Virus record (IMG/VR): IMGVR_UViG_3300025534_000017
Span: 1 to 42,262 of that record
Length of the DNA stretch: 42,262 nucleotides
Source of the DNA: a virus
Lineage: Duplodnaviria > Caudoviricetes
Direction: 5' to 3' (one strand)
Below are positions 25,353 to 35,639 of this stretch, in pieces; position 1 is the first letter of the stretch; each line of letters begins with the position of its first letter. The translations under genes and the position numbers were made by a program. A model generated the notes under the pieces. The model was not told the origin of the DNA. It did no database searches and saw nothing but the letters and a program-made list of their open reading frames with translations.

Positions 25353-25768
25353 TATTCTTTCTCCCCTTCTTCAAATTTTTCACAAATATAGTCATAGATC
25401 ATCGCTTCTTGCCCGCTAAATTCACGATCGCAATTGAACAAGATTTCTTTAACCGTTTTAAGCATTTCTTGTGCATCTCCACCCTCGATGACAATTTCTT
25501 CTTCGTCTAGTTCTTTTTTGTCTTTTAAATATGCGTCAATATCCTTCACATCGTAGGTATTATCTTCTTTTATTTTTGGCTCTCCATTTTCGTCAAGGTG
25601 ACAATGTTCTTTTAGCAGTTGCTTGATGTCCTCCCGATATTCTTCATGTCGTTCGTGTAATAGTTTAATAAACTTCGTGCGATGTCGGCTTTGCTTACCA
25701 CGGAGCGGTAAATCGTAAAGTAGATTGATAATCGGCGCAAGTTTGGCTTTTTCAATTTTTATAATCAT
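25352..25768 (-). CDS. DUF1617-like phage protein
   Basis: LRGKQSRHRTKFIKLL; usual position after the tail fibre. Confidence 0.7.
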   Translation of the reverse strand: MIIKIEKAKLAPIINLLYDLPLRGKQSRHRTKFIKLLHERHEEYREDIKQLLKEHCHLDENGEPKIKEDNTYDVKDIDAYLKDKKELDEEEIVIEGGDAQEMLKTVKEILFNCDREFSGQEAMIYDYICEKFEEGEKE

Positions 25769-28700
25769 GGACCATCGCCTCCAACTGCTGAATTTTTTGT
25801 TTCAAATATTGATTTTCGAGTTTTAACCACTCGATTTCATCTTTCATTGTTTGCTGTTCATCTTTCAATGACTTTGTAACTGGAATAAGCAACGTCCAAA
25901 GCCTATCATAAGCAATTCCATCGACTTCACGCCGTCCGTTTTCGTCGGGAGGTGTAAAGACGACATATTCAGGAAGTCCGGCTTCAACGACATCTTCAGC
26001 TATCAGCCCGTATCTTCTATCGAGCCCGGTGGTGTTTCCACCATTCTCCGAAATCTCTGTTTTGTCGAACCAGCTCTTTGGCTTGAGTTGAAGAATCCGT
26101 TCAGCATACCCGTTCGACAAATCCACTTCTTGTATGTCTTCTTTGTATTTTCTTGCAGAGGTGATGCGTCCGATTACTCCGTTGGTAGTGACGTAGACAT
26201 TCGCCGTTCCTGAATACGTCCGATTGTAAACAGCTTCTGATTGCATGTATGCGCTTGTGCTATCAGTATTTAGACGCAAACTAGCGCCATTTCCATCGAA
26301 ATAACCAGTTCCGCTAAAATATCTACTTGCTGAAATAGCGGTATTGAAAGCTATATCCGTATCCCTAAAAAGTATTTCTTTGAAAACTGCGTCGTCTGGG
26401 TATGAATAGTGAATTCCATCCAAATCTATCGTCACATTATACCAACCACTAGGAGATGCTGATCGAACACCAAAATTGATTCCTTCTTCACTTATCGAAA
26501 AGCCCCCGCTGATATATGAGTTCGGCTTTGGCCCGAACAAACCACTATAGTCATACTTGGTCATGGAAATGCTTGAACCAATCAATACCGATGTCCAATA
26601 TTCATCTTCAGCGTTATTCACTCGTCGGGAAAAAGTATCATAAGTGATCTCGGTTTTGGATGGGTGTTCCGAATTATCTGACGGGTCTTGGGTTATGAGG
26701 CTTCCTGTAAATAATCCACTCGTGCCGTTGATTGTACCACCCTCAATAGTAAGCCCTTTTATCGTCCCCGCCGTCACCGTCCCCAAATCCGCACTAATCG
26801 CCGACAGTGACGTCACATTCAGCTTGTCAGCGGTGATAGACTTTGCCGCAAGCTTCGCAGCTGTAATAGTACCATCCACGATCAGCATACCCGCAAAGCG
26901 TTTCCGCAGTTCAATATCAGCGACATAGAAATATCCCGTAGTACCTTGATCTTTTTGTAAGAAAAAATCTATATGATCTATTGTTTTTGTTTCATCTACA
27001 GATGTAGTGATCTGCAAATTCGCTTCTATTATGCCGCTAGAAGTACCAGGCGTCACATTCACACTTCCTGCATCGGCCCACGATCCATCAGTATAATAAC
27101 GCCTGACGATAAAATTCACTGCCGAAACTTCCGTTTCACGGTATCCACTGAAGCGAATATAGTATTCGTCATTCGTTTTAAACTCAACCATTTTTGATCT
27201 AGCTATTATTATCCGTGCATACGATCCCGGTCCTACCCGAAAATATTTTTTGCCATTGACAGTTACTACAGTATTCCCATTCGGATTTGAATTTTCATCA
27301 ATCTGTGAAAGATTCGTGAAGTCGGCGATGGCAAGATGCTGTGCGGTAATAGAACCAGCCGCAATTCGATCTGCGCTAATATAGCCGCTTGTAATATTCC
27401 CCCCGTCAATCGTCGTCTGCCCCGGTGTGCTTAAATTCGTAAACGTCACATATCCAGCAAGATCGACCTTCGACGCTTGAATCTTGATCTGTTCAGCCGT
27501 CTGATTGATCGCTGAAATCACGCCATTTTTCTCGACCTTCGTCGCGATCTGTCCGGCTTGCACCGTCAATTGTGCGGACAAACTGGTGACTTGGTTTGTC
27601 AAATTGTCCACTGTCGACTGGTTCGCTTTGAGCGCGATTTGGTTCGAAAGCTGTGTGATGGACGTTTCGGCGGTGGTCATGCGGGAGCCAAGACCGTCGA
27701 TTTGTGATTGTGTGTCCTCTGGAGCAGGTGTCCAGTCGGTGGCACGGTTGCCGAGTTCTAGTTTTAAGCCAGTAAAATAGGTTGTACCATAGTTAGAATA
27801 ACCTCCACCGCGTCCTATTCGAATAGTAATTGCATTAGCATTAAATTTTCTGTTCCATGTATATCTCTGCCAGTTTAATGTTCTGATCGTTCCTGTAACA
27901 AGATATACTGTGTTACCTGTATTCAAATCAGTGTAATAAACTTGAATGTGATTATCATTTAATCCTCCCTCATCTTTTGCCCACCAAGATAGTGTATATT
28001 CTTGATTGGGTACAACTGGTACTGTTTGCAAAATACCTTGGTTTGCGGCATTTGTCGTGATTTTTAAAGCCTTTGTAAATCCCGGCAAATCATTAATATC
28101 AACTACAGTTCTAGTAGGTGGTGAACCAGAATTACTCCAACCGTTATAATCCCCTTTTTCAAATGCACTATTTTTAATTAGATTCCGCCCGCCAATCTGT
28201 AAGCTCTCAAACTCTGTCTTTGAGACCTTCGTCGCAATTTGGTCGGCTTGTAGCGTCAATTGTGCGGACAGGTTCGAAATTTGAGTATTTACAGCCGTGA
28301 ACTGCCCGTCGATTTGCGACTTCGTATAGACGTTTGCCGCATCTGCTTTTAAAGCGATTTGGTTCGCTTGCTGTTGAATTTGCGTGCTCATCTGCGACAA
28401 TTGCGATGATAGAGCCGCTTGATCTTGCTGATATTGGGAGACGGAAACTTTTGTAGACAATTCCTGTTCGGTCGCTGTAATCCGTGTTTCATGGTTCGTG
28501 ATGGTTTGACCTTGCGCGGTGACTGTGTTCACCATGTTGCCCAGCTGAACGTCAAGCGTCTTTCCATTATAGAAAATTTTTGATGACTGAATTGTCGTTG
28601 TTCCCTCGTTGATCTCGGTCACCACGCTGGCGATATCGAGCTTCGTCCCGCTGATGTTTGCGTCATCGGCGATTTTTTCGTTTGTGATCGACCCGTCGGT

Positions 28701-30602
28701 GATTCCTTCGCGCTTCACGCCATTTTCGTCAAGCAATACCGTTTGCCCATCGGCGCCACGAACGCGCAAGCCATAGACTGACCCATCACCATTGACGTCG
28801 CCAAGGCTGACACGTTCATACAGCGAACCATCCGTTTTGTTTGCGAACACTTGAAGACGGTTCCCGCTCATTTTAAGGCGACCGTTTGCGCCTTGGATGG
28901 TGACCAAAGCAGTGTTTAATATGCCGGCATTGATTTTACTAGCATTTAGATTGGAAATTTCTGCATTTCCGATGGCACCTTCGGCAATAACACCGGACCC
29001 GGCATAAATAGCACCGGCGCGGAAGTTTTCGGCGCCAAGGTTGCCGGCCAAGAGGGTATTGATTGAGCCAACGTCGGCTTCGAGTGCACCGACTCTTGCA
29101 TTGGTAGCATTAAGGTCGGTGATGTTAGCCTTCCCCGCCTTGAGATTCGTGATTTCTGCGTTGATCGCGGTCAAATCATTCGTTACTAAATTGTCTATGC
29201 GTGCATTCGTCGCGTTAAGATCGGTGATATTGGCTTTTTCCGCCTGGAGATTTTGAATCGCTGCGTTCACCGCATCGAGATCGGTAATGTTTGCTTTTGT
29301 AGCTTCGAGATTATCGATCCTTGCATTAGTAGCATCCAAGTCGTCGATATCAGCTTTCGTCGCTTCGAGGTTGTCGATGCGGGCGTTTGCAGCATTCAAA
29401 TCTTCTATGTCCGCTTTATTGGCTTGAAGATTCTGAATGGTAGCATTAACCGCGTTCAAATCCTCAATATCTGCTTTGGACACCTTCAAATTTTCTATTT
29501 CAGCGTTCGTCGCTTCCAGGTCTTCGATTGTTGCTTTGTTAATCAACGCCTCGTTGATAAAAGCCAATTCATAGACGACACGCTCAACCTTATTCGTCAG
29601 GGATCCGCTCGAATCAAACTGATTGCTATTCTCCGTTTCCCCGACAGATTCAATTTCGCCCGTCAACCCGCCGGAAAAAGCCAATTTGTTCACCATGATC
29701 GGGATCTGAATAATTTCATCGTCGACAGTGACCAGTGTCACGATGTCCCCGACTTCATAAGCCGGATTGCCAACGAATTTCAAATATACCGGCAGATACT
29801 GGAACCCTTTCAGCTTGTTGTAGATATCCGTCATGATCCCATCGGTCATGAACGGATTCTCGAATTGGACTTCACTTCCACCAGCCGAAAGCGTTCCTTT
29901 CGAGATTGTATTTTCTCCTGTTTGACAAGTGATTTTGTCGATCCGGAAAACAGCGTCTTTCTTCTTCGAAAAACCATCGTCCATATAGTGATCGGCCGTG
30001 ATGGTTTCCGATGTGGTTGTATACGACTTGATGCGCAGTTTTCCATCCCGGTCAAACTTTGCGAACCCACCGCACATTTGGGCAATGAATGCCACGACTC
30101 CCCTAAATTTGTAACCTTCCGGCTTTTTGGAAAAGGAATAATTCGGCAGCGTTCCGGTGAATTGGATCCCGGCTTTGGTGCAGATTTCATTCATGACAGC
30201 CGTAATGGTAGCCGGATATGTCAAATCGGAGAAATACGCCTTTTCCAGCTTGATCATGCCGTCATAGCATGTCAGCGTAACCACATCTTTTTTCCGCTCA
30301 ACTTGATCGCAATAGAAAACGCCGAGCGGAACATACTCGACGGTTCCGTTTAAATCTAAACCAATGTAAGGTTTGATTGTTGCAGTTTCAAAGACTTCGT
30401 TGACACCGACAACCGAAAGGTTCAAGGTCGCCGATGCGACCGTTCCGATTTCAAACGATCCGGAAGGGTTGGATGTATCTTCGTAATTCATTTCAACGAT
30501 GTAGGATTCGTCATATTCTCTACTATTGATGAGCACTTTCGCTTTCAGGATCCTCGAGGTACTCATGATCGCATTCTTGAAGTTTTGAGAGACACTATAC
30601 AT
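25752..30602 (-). CDS. Tail tip/fibre protein with coiled-coil repeats, CBM-like domains and C-terminal S74 intramolecular chaperone
   Basis: 20-aa NL...KA.I.DL.A.NA.I repeats; GGRNLIKNS...WTPAPED; TSARKYKEDI...YGLIAEDV. Confidence 0.88.
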   Translation of the reverse strand: MYSVSQNFKNAIMSTSRILKAKVLINSREYDESYIVEMNYEDTSNPSGSFEIGTVASATLNLSVVGVNEVFETATIKPYIGLDLNGTVEYVPLGVFYCDQVERKKDVVTLTCYDGMIKLEKAYFSDLTYPATITAVMNEICTKAGIQFTGTLPNYSFSKKPEGYKFRGVVAFIAQMCGGFAKFDRDGKLRIKSYTTTSETITADHYMDDGFSKKKDAVFRIDKITCQTGENTISKGTLSAGGSEVQFENPFMTDGIMTDIYNKLKGFQYLPVYLKFVGNPAYEVGDIVTLVTVDDEIIQIPIMVNKLAFSGGLTGEIESVGETENSNQFDSSGSLTNKVERVVYELAFINEALINKATIEDLEATNAEIENLKVSKADIEDLNAVNATIQNLQANKADIEDLNAANARIDNLEATKADIDDLDATNARIDNLEATKANITDLDAVNAAIQNLQAEKANITDLNATNARIDNLVTNDLTAINAEITNLKAGKANITDLNATNARVGALEADVGSINTLLAGNLGAENFRAGAIYAGSGVIAEGAIGNAEISNLNASKINAGILNTALVTIQGANGRLKMSGNRLQVFANKTDGSLYERVSLGDVNGDGSVYGLRVRGADGQTVLLDENGVKREGITDGSITNEKIADDANISGTKLDIASVVTEINEGTTTIQSSKIFYNGKTLDVQLGNMVNTVTAQGQTITNHETRITATEQELSTKVSVSQYQQDQAALSSQLSQMSTQIQQQANQIALKADAANVYTKSQIDGQFTAVNTQISNLSAQLTLQADQIATKVSKTEFESLQIGGRNLIKNSAFEKGDYNGWSNSGSPPTRTVVDINDLPGFTKALKITTNAANQGILQTVPVVPNQEYTLSWWAKDEGGLNDNHIQVYYTDLNTGNTVYLVTGTIRTLNWQRYTWNRKFNANAITIRIGRGGGYSNYGTTYFTGLKLELGNRATDWTPAPEDTQSQIDGLGSRMTTAETSITQLSNQIALKANQSTVDNLTNQVTSLSAQLTVQAGQIATKVEKNGVISAINQTAEQIKIQASKVDLAGYVTFTNLSTPGQTTIDGGNITSGYISADRIAAGSITAQHLAIADFTNLSQIDENSNPNGNTVVTVNGKKYFRVGPGSYARIIIARSKMVEFKTNDEYYIRFSGYRETEVSAVNFIVRRYYTDGSWADAGSVNVTPGTSSGIIEANLQITTSVDETKTIDHIDFFLQKDQGTTGYFYVADIELRKRFAGMLIVDGTITAAKLAAKSITADKLNVTSLSAISADLGTVTAGTIKGLTIEGGTINGTSGLFTGSLITQDPSDNSEHPSKTEITYDTFSRRVNNAEDEYWTSVLIGSSISMTKYDYSGLFGPKPNSYISGGFSISEEGINFGVRSASPSGWYNVTIDLDGIHYSYPDDAVFKEILFRDTDIAFNTAISASRYFSGTGYFDGNGASLRLNTDSTSAYMQSEAVYNRTYSGTANVYVTTNGVIGRITSARKYKEDIQEVDLSNGYAERILQLKPKSWFDKTEISENGGNTTGLDRRYGLIAEDVVEAGLPEYVVFTPPDENGRREVDGIAYDRLWTLLIPVTKSLKDEQQTMKDEIEWLKLENQYLKQKIQQLEAMVHDYKN

Positions 30603-30615
30603 AGCCAACCCTCCT

Positions 30616-30963
30616 TTATTTCTCAATAAAATTCATGGACAAACCTTCCCAAAGAATGGTGCCATTTCTGTTTCGATACATGGGAGCGGAACGGTCACCA
30701 ACATAAAAGGTTTTCGTGACGTTTTTTCCTTCCATTGGATCTGGATACTCAACTTGAAAAAATACACTTTGCACTGCTTTTAAAATCGTTGATATTTGAG
30801 ACATAGAAAGAGGCGGCCACTCGCATTCGATCTTTCGCTTCACAGCGATTCTGTCACGAATTAGCTCGCCTCTTGCGTTTCTCTTGCTTTCTCCGTCCAA
30901 ATCCATGATGTCAACCTTAAAAGATTTCGGGGTAGCGATTGCTACCCCATTAATTTTGAGCAT
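30616..30963 (-). CDS. Distal tail (Dit-like) protein
   Basis: Between tape measure and tail tip; RNARGELIRDRIAVKRK. Confidence 0.7.
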   Translation of the reverse strand: MLKINGVAIATPKSFKVDIMDLDGESKRNARGELIRDRIAVKRKIECEWPPLSMSQISTILKAVQSVFFQVEYPDPMEGKNVTKTFYVGDRSAPMYRNRNGTILWEGLSMNFIEK

Positions 30964-30972
30964 ACGCACCAC

Positions 30973-33900
30973 CTACACATTGATCAAAGTCCTACCCGCT
31001 TGTTTCTGTGCAGCATTTATGCCATTTATGATTTCGTGGAAAATACGAGTGGAACCAAGGTTGATGGTCAATTCCAGGTTCCCGCCGCCGTATTGCCGTA
31101 AAGCGTCGGACACGGCGCGGAACGTTTGTTCATAGATTTTCGATTCCGGCGCAATGATTTCTCCCTCGGTCCGGTTATCACCGACGATGGCGAGCATTGG
31201 ATTATTCGCACCGACATAACCGCCTTGGGCGAGATGCGGGATTTTCGGGATGTTCACTCCGAATTTTTTCCCACCGATCCCCGGCACCCATTTCGGAATT
31301 GTGACCGAAATTTTGTTCAATCCTCCAATTACATAGTTAATTGCATTAATTATTGCATTAAGCGGCCTTTTTACAATGCTTTCCAGACCCTTGAATATGG
31401 AGCTGAATACCGATTTCACGCCATACCATGCCTTACTCCAGCCTGATTTGAAGGTTCCGGATACGAATGAAACCACGCTGCTGAGTCTGCTTTGGATCCA
31501 GCCAGCAACATTTCTGATTGTTCCCCATGCGCTGTTGACGACCGATTTCACGCTATTGAAAACATTTGAAAAGGCCGGTTTCAGATTGGCATATAGCCAA
31601 TTCGCAACCGGTTTTATGAAGCCATTGTAAATATTTGATCCGACCTTTTTGATCGTGCTCCAGGCCCCATTGACGACAGATTTAATCCCATTAAAGACCG
31701 AGTCAAAAGCCGGCTTGAGATTGGACTTCAACCAGTTTCCGATCGGCTTCACAAAATTATTATTGATGTAGGAAGCGACGGTCTTCAAAGTGTTCCAGGC
31801 TCCGTTTACAACGGTTTTAATTCCGTTGAAAACAGTATCGAACGCAGGCTTGAGGTTATTTTTCAACCAATCACCGATCGGCTTCACAAAATTATTTTTA
31901 ATGTAGGATGCAACCGTTTTTAAAGTATTCCATGCCCCGTTGACAATTGTCTTTACGGCATTAAAAACCGATTCAAAAGCCGGTTTGAGATTTGATTTCA
32001 GCCAATTTCCAATGGGCTTAATAAACGTGTTGTATATTCCTGTCGCAATCGACTTCAGAATGTTGTATGCCCCATCAACAATTTTCTTAATCGCCCCGGA
32101 GAACGTTTCAAAGACTTTCTTCCCGCCACCGGCGAATCCTTTAAGATTTGCAACACCTTTGACCGCCAATTCCTTAATGCCGCCGAAAATCTTACCGAAG
32201 AACATTAAATTCATAAGGTTCCAAATCGCTTTTACCGCACCCTTGAATACACGCTTTGCGCCTTCCCACATTTCCGAAAAATTCCCGGTGAAAAGCGCAG
32301 CGAAAAATTCGATCAGGCCAAGGATGACATCCAAAGCGCCGCTGATAAGTCCTTTGACGTTCTCCCAGAGTGATTTCACAATAGCGATAACAACGGGCGC
32401 GACAAATTGGATGACTGCGACAATGCCATTAAAGATGTTTTCGGCCGCTTGCAAGATCATAGCCCCGTTTTCTTGCCAAAATTTTTGAATTTTGGAGACC
32501 ATATCTCCAACGAATTTGATAATTGCATCCACAGCTTGTCCGATGGCGGATTTTATGGCATTCCAAATGCCGATCACTTTCTTACGGAAATCTTCGTTTG
32601 TCCGCCATAGATAGACAATGGCGCCGACAAGAAGACCGACCACCGCGGCGACAGCCAGAGCGGGAACGGATATTCCCATGAAGGCCAATTTCAAAGCCTG
32701 GAACGCTTTTTGCAAACCCATGGCCATTTTGGTCCAGTTCGCGATGATCTTATATGTCAAAAAAGCGGCAGCCAAACCGGCGAGCGTCGCAACGATTTCG
32801 TCCTTATTCTTTTTGATGAAGTTCTTCAAATTAGAAAAGATAGCCCGCACTTTGTTGGCCATCTCTTGGATCCGTTTTGGAATTTTACCGACCGAATTGT
32901 CGAATCCGCTTGTGTCCAATACTGGAGCGCTGACTGTCGTTGCGCCGCCACCGCCGCCACCGCCGCCGCCACCGCCGCCTGAACCACCAGATGCGGATCC
33001 ACCAGAATCGGCGGCTGCCGATGTCTTGATATTGGTGATTTCATCAAATCCGGCAAGCTGGGTATAGGCTTTCTTCCGAGCTTTCGCTAATTTTTCTGTT
33101 GCTTTTGCTGCTTTACCAGTAGCTTTTGCAACTTTTTCTGCAGCTTTTGAAGCACCGCCAAAAGCACCGCCCAGGCTAGATACTGTAGATGTTTGTTGTT
33201 TTACAGCTTGGGACTGGACTTTGGCTTGCTTGACAGCGCCCTTGCCAAATAAGGCCTGAAAAAATAGTGCTATCTTCGCTGTGATGGCTTCGACTTTGGC
33301 CGCAAACGCAGAAAGAGCCGGTAGAACAGCGTTCAATACCGGCATCAAAGCGTTCCCGATGTTCAATTTGATGTTGGAAAGTGTTGCGTTGAATTGCGCA
33401 AGCCTGTTGGCCGTATTATTCGCCACCGTATCGCCGAATTTCGTGCTTGCTTGTTCCAGTATTGCAAAGTACCGTATGAGTTGCTGGGTTTGGAAATCAA
33501 GTTGGTTCCACGATTTCCCGTTTGCAAATTGCCGGAAAGCTTCCGTAGATTCGAGCATGGCAACATTTACGTTGATGCCCAAATCTTCAATAGCTTCCGT
33601 GTTACCCAACAACCCAGAGCGGATCCGGTCCAGGACATCTTCCATCGTCCGACCCGTTCCGCTTGCCACAATAGCAGCGGTTTTCAGTAGATCTTCCGTG
33701 TATTTTGCAGTTTGTTTTGTGCTATTCGAAAATGTACTGATTAGGTTGCCGAAAACTGATCCATATTTATAAGCTTCGGCTTTGGACATATTATAGGCTT
33801 TTGCTTGGGTATTAGCCCAATTCAGGAATTCGTCGGCGCTGTCCCCCATGAGCCTTTGAATTTGGCCAAGACTCGCCTCAACGTCTTTGGCCATGTTTAC

Positions 33901-34077
33901 GCTGTCTTTGGCAAACTTCGCCAGCGAAACAGTGGCGATGATGGAGCCGATTTTCTTAAATGTATTGTTTACCCTGTTTTGAAAGTTTTGCAGCTGCTCC
34001 TGAGTCTTGGCCAATTCTTTTTTGACGCCCGAGAAGTCAGCGCCGCCCCGAATGATTAGATTTGTATGGCCCGCCAT
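30973..34077 (-). CDS. Tail tape measure protein
   Basis: 1034 aa, Ala/Gly-rich, hydrophobic segments, periodic W/F repeats. Confidence 0.92.
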   Translation of the reverse strand: MAGHTNLIIRGGADFSGVKKELAKTQEQLQNFQNRVNNTFKKIGSIIATVSLAKFAKDSVNMAKDVEASLGQIQRLMGDSADEFLNWANTQAKAYNMSKAEAYKYGSVFGNLISTFSNSTKQTAKYTEDLLKTAAIVASGTGRTMEDVLDRIRSGLLGNTEAIEDLGINVNVAMLESTEAFRQFANGKSWNQLDFQTQQLIRYFAILEQASTKFGDTVANNTANRLAQFNATLSNIKLNIGNALMPVLNAVLPALSAFAAKVEAITAKIALFFQALFGKGAVKQAKVQSQAVKQQTSTVSSLGGAFGGASKAAEKVAKATGKAAKATEKLAKARKKAYTQLAGFDEITNIKTSAAADSGGSASGGSGGGGGGGGGGGGATTVSAPVLDTSGFDNSVGKIPKRIQEMANKVRAIFSNLKNFIKKNKDEIVATLAGLAAAFLTYKIIANWTKMAMGLQKAFQALKLAFMGISVPALAVAAVVGLLVGAIVYLWRTNEDFRKKVIGIWNAIKSAIGQAVDAIIKFVGDMVSKIQKFWQENGAMILQAAENIFNGIVAVIQFVAPVVIAIVKSLWENVKGLISGALDVILGLIEFFAALFTGNFSEMWEGAKRVFKGAVKAIWNLMNLMFFGKIFGGIKELAVKGVANLKGFAGGGKKVFETFSGAIKKIVDGAYNILKSIATGIYNTFIKPIGNWLKSNLKPAFESVFNAVKTIVNGAWNTLKTVASYIKNNFVKPIGDWLKNNLKPAFDTVFNGIKTVVNGAWNTLKTVASYINNNFVKPIGNWLKSNLKPAFDSVFNGIKSVVNGAWSTIKKVGSNIYNGFIKPVANWLYANLKPAFSNVFNSVKSVVNSAWGTIRNVAGWIQSRLSSVVSFVSGTFKSGWSKAWYGVKSVFSSIFKGLESIVKRPLNAIINAINYVIGGLNKISVTIPKWVPGIGGKKFGVNIPKIPHLAQGGYVGANNPMLAIVGDNRTEGEIIAPESKIYEQTFRAVSDALRQYGGGNLELTINLGSTRIFHEIINGINAAQKQAGRTLINV
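31560..32080 (-). repeat. About four 135-nt (45-aa) tandem repeats in the tape measure
   Basis: F.KPIG.WLK.NLKPAF..VFN..K..VNGAW; GATCGGCTTCACAAAATTAT at 31741 and 31876. Confidence 0.8.
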
Positions 34078-34389
34078 CTATTCCCCTCCTTTCCCCGGGG
34101 ATTCGCGTTTCACCGTGCCGCCAAACATCGCATTGATCCGTTTTACTTCAGCCAGCATATCCCGATCGCTCATTTGTTTTGGCTTTGCGGCCTGTTCCAC
34201 TTTTTTCAGGACCTTGTCCAAATCCGGAAGCCTTTTTCCTGCAAACGCCTGCGCCGTCCACTGGGCAGTGATATATGCCTGGGCGATTCTCTCCATCGCC
34301 TCGTCTTTTTTGCGTTCGTTGTAGCCTTGCACATAAAGAAAAAATTCCTTTGGCCACATCCGTTCAAATTCTGCGATCGACATTCCCAT
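34078..34389 (-). CDS. Tail assembly chaperone C-terminal part (gpT-like, reached by -1 frameshift)
   Basis: In frame with the -1 frame of the upstream chaperone. Confidence 0.8.
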   Translation of the reverse strand: MGMSIAEFERMWPKEFFLYVQGYNERKKDEAMERIAQAYITAQWTAQAFAGKRLPDLDKVLKKVEQAAKPKQMSDRDMLAEVKRINAMFGGTVKRESPGKGGE

Positions 34390-34436
34390 TTTGGCGGCAG
34401 TTTTGAAAGCCTCATCCTCGATGTCAACATCAGGAT

Positions 34437-34769
34437 CTATTTCTTCTTTTTTGCCGCCATCGCTCCGTTTTTTACGCCATCCTCTTCGTCAGCTAATTCG
34501 GACATGATTTTATCCATAATTTCTAGGGCGCCTTTTAATCCGAGGTTTTCATCTATCAATTGAGTAACACGTTCAACAGTCAATTCCGGATCCTCGTGAG
34601 CAAGTCCGCAATAAAAAACGAGCGGTACTATATCCTCAATGTCCTCATTATCAAAATCAACTTTGAACAAACTTTTTCCATAGATTTTTTTGAACAATTT
34701 CAACGCACCCCAGCCAAAAACGATTTTTCTGGGTTTGTCCAGTTCAACAGGAATGAAAACCATGCTCAT
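34437..34769 (-). CDS. Tail assembly chaperone (gpG-like)
   Basis: Between tail tube and tape measure; ends with slippery heptamers. Confidence 0.85.
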   Translation of the reverse strand: MSMVFIPVELDKPRKIVFGWGALKLFKKIYGKSLFKVDFDNEDIEDIVPLVFYCGLAHEDPELTVERVTQLIDENLGLKGALEIMDKIMSELADEEDGVKNGAMAAKKKK

Positions 34770-34807
34770 CGTTCTTTATCCTCCTTCAACATTCCCGAGT
34801 AAATATG

Positions 34808-34839
34808 AAAAAGAGAAAAGCTAGGCTAAACGCCTAGCC
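34808..34839 (-). terminator. Terminator after major tail gene
   Basis: GCTAGGC-GTTTA-GCCTAGC + TTTTCTCTTTTT. Confidence 0.7.
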
Positions 34840-34840
34840 A

Positions 34841-35245
34841 TCAAGAATCTTGCGAAACCGTCAGCGTCGGTTTCCCGCTCACTTTGAGAGTCGCTTCAAA
34901 ACCGATCAAATCTTCTAATTCCGCACTGGTAGAGTACCCTGTCACAACCGCTTTAAACTCCCATTTCGCACCTATTTGAGGCGGAAATTCAATCGTATAT
35001 TGTTGTTCTGTTCCTGCTTCGAAATCATCATAGAGGCCCTTGTGATGTTGTGGGTTGAAATAGCCGCTGATTGACACTTCGCCTGCATCTTTAAACCCAC
35101 CAATGAATGTACGGTACCCGCCGTCACTATCCAAAGTCGTCGTATCCAACGTATCTGCCGAAAGTTCCAAACCGCCGATAGACGTCAGTTCTCCAATGAC
35201 AGTCGTGCCTTTTTTCAGCTTCGTCCCAATCGCTCTTTCTGCCAT
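34841..35245 (-). CDS. Major tail tube protein
   Basis: ADTLDTTTLDS.GGYRTFI.G.KDAGEVS; lambda gpV-like. Confidence 0.9.
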   Translation of the reverse strand: MAERAIGTKLKKGTTVIGELTSIGGLELSADTLDTTTLDSDGGYRTFIGGFKDAGEVSISGYFNPQHHKGLYDDFEAGTEQQYTIEFPPQIGAKWEFKAVVTGYSTSAELEDLIGFEATLKVSGKPTLTVSQDS

Positions 35246-35248
35246 GGT

Positions 35249-35632
35249 TTACTCCTCCTTATACCAAAATGTGATATCAATTATCCCCCGGTATAAACCG
35301 AGTTCCGATTCATAGGTTTCCGAAATGTTATTTACCACCAAGTCCGAAACGAAAATGCCGTCTGTCCCAATTTCTCTTCCGAGAAATGAAACAACGGCAC
35401 TTCGGACCTCCTGAGTCAATTCTTTCATCTGTGTGTAACTTTCGGCCAAAATGTTCAGGATATAACTTGCTTCAATATTGTTTTTGATCTCGGTAAGTGT
35501 TTTGGTCTGCGAAAAACGTGACAAGATATAGACCAAATACGGCGGTTCCTTATCCTTCGGGGCGTTGGTCGGAAAAATTTTATAGGCGATTTCCGGAATC
35601 TGATTCAATTCATGACGCAACGCTTTTTCCAC
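35249..35632 (-). CDS. Tail terminator/completion protein (DUF3168-like)
   Basis: IFP..AP....PYLVY; position. Confidence 0.75.
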   Translation of the reverse strand: MEKALRHELNQIPEIAYKIFPTNAPKDKEPPYLVYILSRFSQTKTLTEIKNNIEASYILNILAESYTQMKELTQEVRSAVVSFLGREIGTDGIFVSDLVVNNISETYESELGLYRGIIDITFWYKEE

Positions 35633-35639
35633 CCGACCG

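Noticed and set aside
29253-30353. Long antisense ORFs (also 36948-37856, 23858-24595, 12266-12925)
   Set aside because: Shadows of real genes on the opposite strand; no recognisable motifs
32943-32979. (GGC/GGT)n tract as a guide-RNA-like repeat
   Set aside because: Simply encodes an in-frame poly-Gly linker in the tape measure
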